Origin: Caldilineae bacterium
Lineage (GTDB): Bacteria > Chloroflexota > Anaerolineae > DTLA01
Direction of reading: 5' to 3'
NCBI GenBank assembly: GCA_037446815.1
Contig: JBBIHX010000010.1
Coordinates: 1-40,847, forward strand
Length of the DNA stretch: 40,847 nucleotides
The first letter of the stretch is position 1. The number at the start of each line of letters is the position of its first letter. The translations under genes were made by a program, and so were the position numbers. Below, in pieces: positions 18,051-24,993 of this stretch. A model generated the notes under the pieces. That model saw only the letters and a list, made by a program, of their open reading frames with translations. It made no database searches and was not told the origin of the DNA.

Positions 18051-18971
18051 ATGTTGATCATCGGCGAGAACATCCACATTATCGCGCCAAAGATCAAAGA
18101 GGCGGTTGCGAATCGCGACACGGCTTACATCCAGAAGGTGGCCCTGGCGCAGTGGAACGCCGGCGCCCAGGTGATTGACCTGAACATCGGCCCGCAGAAG
18201 AAGGCCGGCGTGGAGATCATGGAATGGATTGTGGACGCCGTCCAGGAGGCCATTCCCGACGTAGTCCTGTCGCTGGATACGACCAATGCCGCCGCCATTG
18301 AGGCTGGCCTGAAGAAGTGCAAGAACAAGCCGTTCATCAACTCCACCTCTGCCGAGGAGGAACGCTTGGCGGCGATGGCCCCGCTGGCCGCCAAGTATGG
18401 GGCCAACATCATCGCGTTGACGATGACGAAGTCCGGCATCCCTGTGAGCGCCGAGGATCGCTTCAATATCGCTATGGAGATTCTCCTGCCGGCGCTCACG
18501 GAGGCAGGCGTGCCGGTGGAGAACATCTACTTTGACCCGCTGGTGCTGACGGTAGCCGGTTCGCAGGAGTACGTTCCGAATGCGGTAGAGGCTGTGCGGC
18601 TGATGAAATTGTGGGATCCGCCGCTCAACACCGTGGTGGGTCTTTCCAACGTGTCCAACCAGGTCTCCCACGAGAATCGCAGCCTCATCAACCGCACGTA
18701 TCTGGTCATGCTCATGGCCGCGGGCCTGGATGCCGCCATCGCCGACCCGCTGGATCGGGAACTGATGCGCTTCATGCGTATCGTGGAGAGCCGCGACGAC
18801 TCCACGCCCGTCGGCCGGCTGCTGCTCCACCTGTACGATACCACGCAGAATATGGAGCCTTTTGATCCGTCTCTGGTGGACATGAACGACCCGGAGCAGG
18901 TAGCCATCTACAAGACCGTGCGCATCTTGAAGAACGAGATCATCTTCGCCGACTCGTATCTGAAGATGTAG
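18051..18971 (+). CDS. acsE: Methyl-THF:corrinoid Fe-S protein methyltransferase
   Basis: MLIIGENI, IDLNIG, LSLDT.N..AIEAGL, INST, YFDPL, GLSNVS, INRTYL, GLDAAIADP (pterin-binding TIM barrel) at the end of the acs operon. Confidence 0.93.
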   Translation: MLIIGENIHIIAPKIKEAVANRDTAYIQKVALAQWNAGAQVIDLNIGPQKKAGVEIMEWIVDAVQEAIPDVVLSLDTTNAAAIEAGLKKCKNKPFINSTSAEEERLAAMAPLAAKYGANIIALTMTKSGIPVSAEDRFNIAMEILLPALTEAGVPVENIYFDPLVLTVAGSQEYVPNAVEAVRLMKLWDPPLNTVVGLSNVSNQVSHENRSLINRTYLVMLMAAGLDAAIADPLDRELMRFMRIVESRDDSTPVGRLLLHLYDTTQNMEPFDPSLVDMNDPEQVAIYKTVRILKNEIIFADSYLKM

Positions 18972-18998
18972 CGTCGGTTTGACCCCATTATCCCCTGG

Positions 18999-19030
18999 CC
19001 CCCTCTTCCCCGCTGGTAGGGAAGAGGGGG
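18999..19030 (+). terminator. Perfect 12-bp hairpin after acsE (REP-like or terminator)
   Basis: CCCCCTCTTCCC-cgctggta-GGGAAGAGGGGG. Confidence 0.6.
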
Positions 19031-19128
19031 AGCGTTGGGTGCGAGAGCGGGTGGGGCGGGTACGAGGGTCGTTGACGCGCCGCGCCGCTTCTGCTAGCCT
19101 TGCCTCAAACAGACCCGGAGGGAATGCG

Positions 19129-19344
19129 ATGCGAATGCGAGTGTCGCTGGCGGTTCTGTTCGTGGTCTTGGCTCTCGGCTGCTGCGCCCCCGCGCGAACC
19201 GCCACGCCGCCGCCCACTTCCACCGCCACACCCCTGCCCACGCCGACGGACACGGCCACGCTGTCGCCTACCCCCACCGCCACCCCCACTGCCACGCCGA
19301 CGCCCATCCCCACCCTGCCGCCGGTAGGGCAGGGGAGGCCCTGA
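19129..19344 (+). CDS. 71-aa Pro/Thr-rich mini-lipoprotein or truncated lipoprotein gene
   Basis: GGAGG RBS, signal peptide with lipobox LALGC, then only TPT repeats up to the stop. Confidence 0.6.
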   Translation: MRMRVSLAVLFVVLALGCCAPARTATPPPTSTATPLPTPTDTATLSPTPTATPTATPTPIPTLPPVGQGRP

Positions 19345-19376
19345 CCCTTGCGGATGCGTGTAGCCCCTTCGCGGCC

Positions 19377-19430
19377 TTGACATACGGCGCAGTGCATGTA
19401 TAATGGATTCGCGGCTATCGATAATCGATA
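19377..19430 (+). promoter_or_regulatory. Consensus sigma70 promoter plus palindromic operator
   Basis: TTGACA (19377-19382), 16 bp, TATAAT (19399-19404); TATCGAT-A-ATCGATA at 19416-19430. Confidence 0.75.
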
Positions 19431-19573
19431 ATCACCGCGTCTAGGCTCTTGCGTTTTGGGCGATCTTGCACTCCTGCAGTGTGTTCCTGCTGCATGAAAC
19501 GACAGACTGCAAGGGTGTGGTAGATAGTACCCGCGGGGCCGCGAATTGCTCCAATCGGCATGGGAGTCAGTTC

Positions 19574-19665
19574 CAAAGTCTGTTGGCATCTACCGTCATT
19601 GTGAGCTGCGAAATCCGCGAAGAATGTCGCTGACCGAGATGCTTCGCCTTCGGCTCAGCATGACA
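19574..19665. repeat. Second CGTC-type REP-like element
   Basis: CGTCATTGTGAGC ... GAGATGCTTCG ... GCTCAGCATGACA; shares flank CAAAGTCTGTTGG with the element at 13-102. Confidence 0.75.
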
Positions 19666-19752
19666 GAGCGGGGAGGCGGCGTGCGGGGCAGACCAACACA
19701 AGATGAAACCGAGTTCGACACGGAAAGAACGTGTGCCGTTGGCGCGAATCTG

Positions 19753-19761
19753 TGGTATAAT
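19753..19761 (+). promoter_or_regulatory. Extended -10 promoter upstream of the dehydrogenase/BKACE genes
   Basis: TGgTATAAT about 70 nt before the ATG at 19830; poor -35. Confidence 0.6.
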
Positions 19762-19829
19762 AGGGGTAAGGTAAACGTTGTAATCGGCATGCCCAGGCTT
19801 ACGCATTCTGTGCGCTCAAGGAGGATCGC

Positions 19830-20789
19830 ATGAGGCTGGAGGACATTCGCAAGGTGGCCATGATCGGCGCGGGCACGATGGGCTCCGGTATCAGCATGTG
19901 CTTTGCCCAGGCGGGGTATGAGGTTGCCCTCTATAGCCGTAGCGCCGAGGGGATTCAGCGGGCGTTGAACCGCGTGCGCCACAGTCAGCAGGTCTTCGTG
20001 CAGGAGGGGCTGATTTCCGAGGCGGAAGCCGAAGCGGCCCGCTCGCGCATCCGCGGCACGGATTCATTGCCGGACGCACTGCGCGATGTGCAGTACGTGC
20101 TGGAGTCGGTCCCCGAGAACCTCGCCCTCAAACAGGCGCTGTTCCGCGAGATGGAGTCGCTCTGCCCCGCCGACACGATTCTCGCGACGAACACGTCTGG
20201 CCTCAGCATCACCGCCATCGCCTCGGTGTGCCGTTACCCTCAGCGCGTCGGGGGAATGCACTGGGCCAACCCGCCGGAAATCGTGCCCCTTGTGGAAGTC
20301 ATTCGCGGCGAGCAGACCTCCGATGAGACGATGGACATCATCTACGGGTTGTCTCAACGGTTGGGCAAGGTCCCGGTGCGCGTTCAGAAGGACATCCCCG
20401 GCTTTGCGAGCAACCGCCTGCAATATGCCTTGCTGCGCGAGGCGCTGTATCTCGTGCAGGAAGGGGTTGTCAGCGCAGAGGATGTGGACCGCACGCTGAA
20501 GAACGGCGTGGGCTTCCGATATCCGTGGCTGGGGCCGCTGGAGACGGCGGACCTGGGCGGCCTGGATGTGTTCCACACCATTTGCCAGTACCTGTTCAAG
20601 GAACTGAGCACCATGACAAAGACCCCCGCCTTCTTTGATGAGATCGTCCAGGGCGGGAACTACGGCATCAAGACGGGGCGAGGGTTCTACGACTACACCG
20701 GCAAGTCGCGCGAGCAGATTCTGCGAAAGCGCGACTTGTACTTCCTGCGGCAGTTGAAACTCCTGCGCGAGATTCAGGAGATGGAGTGA
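19830..20789 (+). CDS. 3-hydroxyacyl-CoA dehydrogenase family NAD+ oxidoreductase (gulonate/carnitine dehydrogenase-like subgroup)
   Basis: GAGTMGSGI, ESVPE, ATNTSGL, MHWANPP..PLVEV, GF..NRLQYA, G.GFRYPWLGPLET.DL. Confidence 0.9.
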   Translation: MRLEDIRKVAMIGAGTMGSGISMCFAQAGYEVALYSRSAEGIQRALNRVRHSQQVFVQEGLISEAEAEAARSRIRGTDSLPDALRDVQYVLESVPENLALKQALFREMESLCPADTILATNTSGLSITAIASVCRYPQRVGGMHWANPPEIVPLVEVIRGEQTSDETMDIIYGLSQRLGKVPVRVQKDIPGFASNRLQYALLREALYLVQEGVVSAEDVDRTLKNGVGFRYPWLGPLETADLGGLDVFHTICQYLFKELSTMTKTPAFFDEIVQGGNYGIKTGRGFYDYTGKSREQILRKRDLYFLRQLKLLREIQEME

Positions 20790-20800
20790 GGCGAGGATAG

Positions 20801-21679
20801 ATGGCAGACAAAGTCATCATCACGGCGGCGCTGGCCGGGAGCGTTACCCTGAAGGAGCACAACCCGAATGTGCCCTACACGCCGGAGGAGTTCGCCCGCG
20901 AAGCCAAGCGTGCCGAGGAGGCGGGCGCGGCTATCGTGCACGTGCACTTCCGCGATCCCGTTACGGGGAAGCCGACGACCGACCCCGCGATCATGGCCGA
21001 GGTGGTACAGGCGATTCGGGAGAATAGCCGCGTTCTGTTGAACTTGAGCACCGGCGTCAGCCTGGATTCCACGCTGGAGGAGCGCAAGCGGCCCATCGTG
21101 TACCACACGCCCGAACTGGCGTCGCTGAACCCGGGCACCATGAACTTCTGCACCGTGAACTATCGCGACGGCTCCATCATCGCCGACAAGACATACTACA
21201 ACCCGCTCCATGCGACCATTGAGTTCGGCACACTCATGAAGGAGAAGGGCATCAAGCCGGAGATAGAGTGCTTTGACCTGGGCCACGTGCACAACGTGCT
21301 GTTTTTCACCGAGCACTATGATTTTCTGGTGCCGCCGCTTCATTTCTCGTTCGTGTTCGGGGTCATGGGCGGCACGCGGTTCAATTTCGACATCCTGAAC
21401 AGTTACATCCATGCTGTTCCGCCCGGGTCTACGTGGCAGGGTGTCGGGGTGGGGCCGCTGTGCTTCCCGGTGGCGATGGCGGGGGCGATTTTTGGCGGGC
21501 ACATCCGCGTGGGGCTTGAAGACAATATCTATATTGACATAACGACGAAGACGAAATCGCGGGGGAATTGGGATCAGGTGGAGAAGGCCGTGCAAATCGC
21601 GCGGATGGCGGGCCGCGAACCGGCATCGCCCGATGAGGCGCGGGAGATTCTCCATCTGCCTCCGCAGTCCGGCGGGTAG
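20801..21679 (+). CDS. Beta-keto acid cleavage enzyme (BKACE / Kce / DUF849 family)
   Basis: KVIITAALAG, PNVPYTPEE, IVHVHFRD, ASLNPGTMNF, PEIECFD, GGHIRVGLEDN, GREPASPDEAREIL. Confidence 0.93.
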   Translation: MADKVIITAALAGSVTLKEHNPNVPYTPEEFAREAKRAEEAGAAIVHVHFRDPVTGKPTTDPAIMAEVVQAIRENSRVLLNLSTGVSLDSTLEERKRPIVYHTPELASLNPGTMNFCTVNYRDGSIIADKTYYNPLHATIEFGTLMKEKGIKPEIECFDLGHVHNVLFFTEHYDFLVPPLHFSFVFGVMGGTRFNFDILNSYIHAVPPGSTWQGVGVGPLCFPVAMAGAIFGGHIRVGLEDNIYIDITTKTKSRGNWDQVEKAVQIARMAGREPASPDEAREILHLPPQSGG

Positions 21680-21694
21680 CGGGCTGTCGCCAAC

Positions 21695-22053
21695 TGTCAT
21701 CGCGAGGGGCGGAGCGGATGGCCGCGCGGGGGTGAACCCCCCGCGCTGGTGCGAGCCCCGCGGGGCCTTGTGCGCTCAGTCCGATGCTTTTGCGTGGGGC
21801 GGGTGTGGGCGTGCATACCTCACCCCCTCGGGGAAGCGGAAGGCCAGGGGTGAGGTCGGATGGCCGCGCGGGGGTGAACCCCCGCGCTGAGTAGTGCGAA
21901 GGCGCATGAGGGCTGTGTGCGCTCGGTCCGATGCTATCGCGTGGGGCGGGTGTAGGCGTGCGCACCTCACCCCTCGGGGGGAAGATGAAGGCCGGGGGTG
22001 AGGTCGGATGGCCGCCTGGGGGGTGAACCCCCGCGCTGAGTGGAGCGATGACA
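21695..22053. repeat. Composite tandem array (~142-148-bp units, ~2.3 copies) of two palindromes, bounded by 9-bp terminal inverted repeats
   Basis: Units start at CGGATGGCCGC 21715, 21857 and 22005; palindromes GCGCGGGGGTGAACCCCCGCGC and ACCTCACCCC..GGGGTGAGGT; ends TGTCATCGC (21695) / GCGATGACA (22045). Confidence 0.85.
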
Positions 22054-22107
22054 CGAAGGAATGGGCGGGCGGCGTTGCGGCTGCCTTACGCCACGAAGGA
22101 GGTGCCG

Positions 22108-23769
22108 ATGCGAAGCGATGCGATGAAGAAGGGCCTGAAGCGGGCCCAGCACCGAGCCTTGTTGTACGCGATGGGTTACACGCGCCGAGAGATTGACGCG
22201 CCCATCGTAGGGGTTGTCAACGCGTTCAACGAAATCGTCCCCGGGCACTTCCATCTGAACGCCGTTACCGAAGCCGTGGTGCGAGGAGTGGCTTCGGCGG
22301 GCGGCACTCCGGTTGTCTTTCCCTCCATCGGCATCTGCGATGGGCTGGCCATGGGGCATGAGGGGATGAAGTACGTGTTGGCCAGCCGGGAACTCATCGC
22401 CGACTCGGTGGAAGTGATGGCGATGGCTCACCCCTTTGACGCCTTGGTCCTCGTAACCAACTGCGACAAGATTACCCCTGGGATGCTGATGGCGGCGCTG
22501 CGATTGAATATCCCGGCAGTTGTCGTCAGCGGCGGGCCCATGCTGGCCGGTCTGTGGCGCGGGCGCGAGACCGACCTGACGACGGTGTGGGAGGGCGTGG
22601 GGCAGGTGTCCGCCGGCAGCATGACGGAAGAGGAACTGGCCGACCTGGAGGAGGTCTGCTGCCCGGGCTGCGGCTCCTGCGCCGGCATGTTCACCGCGAA
22701 CTCCATGAACTGCCTGACCGAGGCGCTGGGCCTGGGATTGCCGGGCAACGGGACGATTCCGGCGGTGAGCGGGGCGCGCCTTCGGCTGGCCAAGAGAGCG
22801 GGCGTCCAGGTGATGGAACTGCTCCGCCAAGGCATCCGACCGCGAGACATTGCCACCGCCGAGGCGTTTCTGAACGCGATTGCCGTGGATATGGCTCTGG
22901 GCTGCTCCACGAATACCGTGCTGCACGTGCCGGCGATTGCCCACGAGGCGCATCTGACCATTCCGCTGGACCTGTTCCAGGAGGTGGCGGAGCGCGTTCC
23001 GCACATCTGCAACATGAGCCCGGCGGGGCCCCACCACCTGGATGATTTGGACCGCGCGGGGGGCGTTCAGGGGGTCCTGAAGCGCCTGGCCGAGAAGGGG
23101 CTGGTGGACCTCTCGGTGATGACGGTTACGGGGCGCACCCTGGGGGAGAACCTGCGGAGCGCCGAAATCCGCGATGCGGAGATCATCCGCCCGCTGGACC
23201 GTCCGGTGCATCCGGAGGGCGGGCTGGCGATCCTCAAGGGCAACCTGGCGCCGGAGGGTGCGGTGGTCAAGCAGGCGGCGGTGGCTCCCGCGATGCGGCA
23301 GCGGCGCGGGCGGGCGCGGGTGTTTGACTGCGAGGAAGACGCTGTGGACGCGATTCTGGGCGGGCGCATCGTGCCGGGGGACGTGGTCGTCGTGCGGTAC
23401 GAGGGGCCGAAGGGCGGGCCCGGGATGCGCGAGATGCTAGCGCCGACTTCGGCCATTGTGGGCATGGGGCTGGGCGAGTCGGTGGCGCTCATCACCGACG
23501 GGCGGTTCAGCGGCGTAACCCGCGGCGCGGCCATTGGGCACATCTCGCCGGAGGCGGCAGAAGGCGGCCCGATTGCGCTGGTCAAGGAAGGCGATTCTAT
23601 TCTGATTGATATTCCCAACCGCACGCTTACGCTTGAGGTATCCGCAGAGGAACTGTCCGAACGGCGGGCCCGCTGGGTTCCGCCTGAGCCAAAGGTGAAG
23701 GAGGGGTATCTGTACCGATATGCCAAGATGGTAACTTCGGCCAGCACAGGCGCAATTCTGAGAACGTGA
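22108..23769 (+). CDS. ilvD: Dihydroxy-acid dehydratase
   Basis: [80 protein letters not shown]. Start ATG after AAGGAGG. Confidence 0.92.
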   Translation: MRSDAMKKGLKRAQHRALLYAMGYTRREIDAPIVGVVNAFNEIVPGHFHLNAVTEAVVRGVASAGGTPVVFPSIGICDGLAMGHEGMKYVLASRELIADSVEVMAMAHPFDALVLVTNCDKITPGMLMAALRLNIPAVVVSGGPMLAGLWRGRETDLTTVWEGVGQVSAGSMTEEELADLEEVCCPGCGSCAGMFTANSMNCLTEALGLGLPGNGTIPAVSGARLRLAKRAGVQVMELLRQGIRPRDIATAEAFLNAIAVDMALGCSTNTVLHVPAIAHEAHLTIPLDLFQEVAERVPHICNMSPAGPHHLDDLDRAGGVQGVLKRLAEKGLVDLSVMTVTGRTLGENLRSAEIRDAEIIRPLDRPVHPEGGLAILKGNLAPEGAVVKQAAVAPAMRQRRGRARVFDCEEDAVDAILGGRIVPGDVVVVRYEGPKGGPGMREMLAPTSAIVGMGLGESVALITDGRFSGVTRGAAIGHISPEAAEGGPIALVKEGDSILIDIPNRTLTLEVSAEELSERRARWVPPEPKVKEGYLYRYAKMVTSASTGAILRT

Positions 23770-23822
23770 GTGGTCTGGAGACCCGCATGGATTCAAACCA
23801 ATTTCACGAAAGGAGTAGAACC

Positions 23823-24902
23823 ATGAGCGACGAGAGTGTTGTGAAGTACGACGAAATGGGTGTCATGGATGGGGCGACGATTGGCTTGCCTCGCAAGATG
23901 ACGCGCGACATCTGGTTGCAGGAAGTGTTCCCGGAGTGGGGCACGTACCTGAACTACGAGATTGAGCACTTTGAGGTCAAGCCTGGGACGGGCGTCCTGT
24001 GGTACTTCGGTGGGCCGTCGTGGGCGCTGAAGTCGCAGGCGGGCGCGGTGTTTCTGGTGGACCTGTACGCCGGCCCCAGCCTGTTCACCGACTACTCGTA
24101 CTGCGGCGTGTGCCGCACCAGTGGCGCCGACAAACTGTGGTGGATGCGTCTCAACCCGCACGTCATAGACCCGTGGAAGTTCAGCCGACTGGACGCGGTG
24201 TGCATCACGCATCACCACCAGGACCACATGGATTTCTACACCATCAGCGCGGCGCTGCAGACGACCAACTGCAAGTTCATCGCGCCGCCCGAAGCCGCCC
24301 GCCGCATGAAGAAGAACATGGGCGTGCCCGACGATCGCCTCATCGTGGCCGAGGTGGGCAAGAGCGTGCAAATCGCGGACATGAAGATTGACTTCGCGCC
24401 CAACTTTGACGTTATTGCCACAAAGACGGGGTTTGACACGCCCCGGCCGTTTGAGGAAGTCGCGGTGAGTTTCATCTTCAACACCGAGGGCGGGAACATG
24501 GCTTTCCTGGGCGACACCCTGTACCACAACGGGTATCGCATGGTGGGCGAGACCTACAAGATTGACATGGTAACGATGGACATGGGGAACAACGCCCCTG
24601 GGTACACCGACAAGATGTCGCCGTGGGATGTGTGGCGGGTGGCCGAGGCCATGAACGCCAAGGTCGTGATTCCGGCGCACCACGACAACTGGGCCAACTG
24701 CTACGAGGATCCGTCGTATCTGGAGTACATCGTGAGCCGCAAGGCGAAGGAGAAACGGCTGGACATGCGCACGGTGGTGTTGCTGCCAGGCGCGCGGTAC
24801 GAGCACCCGACCGACATGAACATCGGGCGGTATGTGTACCCCGACTGGCGCGAGCGCACCAACTGGCGCAAGAGCGTGGAGTACGGGCCGGACCGCTGGT
24901 AG
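23823..24902 (+). CDS. ulaG: UlaG-like metallo-beta-lactamase-fold lactonase (L-ascorbate-6-P lactonase homolog)
   Basis: TR..W...FPEWG.YLN.EIE, IDP, THHHQDHMD, GDT.Y.N, TDKM, NAKVVIP.HHD.W.N recall E. coli UlaG. The substrate is not established. Confidence 0.75.
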   Translation: MSDESVVKYDEMGVMDGATIGLPRKMTRDIWLQEVFPEWGTYLNYEIEHFEVKPGTGVLWYFGGPSWALKSQAGAVFLVDLYAGPSLFTDYSYCGVCRTSGADKLWWMRLNPHVIDPWKFSRLDAVCITHHHQDHMDFYTISAALQTTNCKFIAPPEAARRMKKNMGVPDDRLIVAEVGKSVQIADMKIDFAPNFDVIATKTGFDTPRPFEEVAVSFIFNTEGGNMAFLGDTLYHNGYRMVGETYKIDMVTMDMGNNAPGYTDKMSPWDVWRVAEAMNAKVVIPAHHDNWANCYEDPSYLEYIVSRKAKEKRLDMRTVVLLPGARYEHPTDMNIGRYVYPDWRERTNWRKSVEYGPDRW

Positions 24903-24919
24903 TGGGGCTTCTGAGAACA

Positions 24920-24954
24920 CGGTGGCCGGCGGGCGCGATGTTCGCCGGCCACCG
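24920..24954 (+). terminator. Hairpin after the ulaG-like gene
   Basis: CGGTGGCCGGCGGGC / GTTCGCCGGCCACCG, 15-bp stem, no U-tract. Confidence 0.5.
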
Positions 24955-24993
24955 GCGCGCGGGTTGTCTGTTGGGGGAAGGTGGCGGAAGCGC

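Noticed and set aside
21715..22040. Possible CRISPR array
   Set aside because: The spacer-like segments are ~110 bp and homologous to each other, there are only three repeats, and no cas genes are present.
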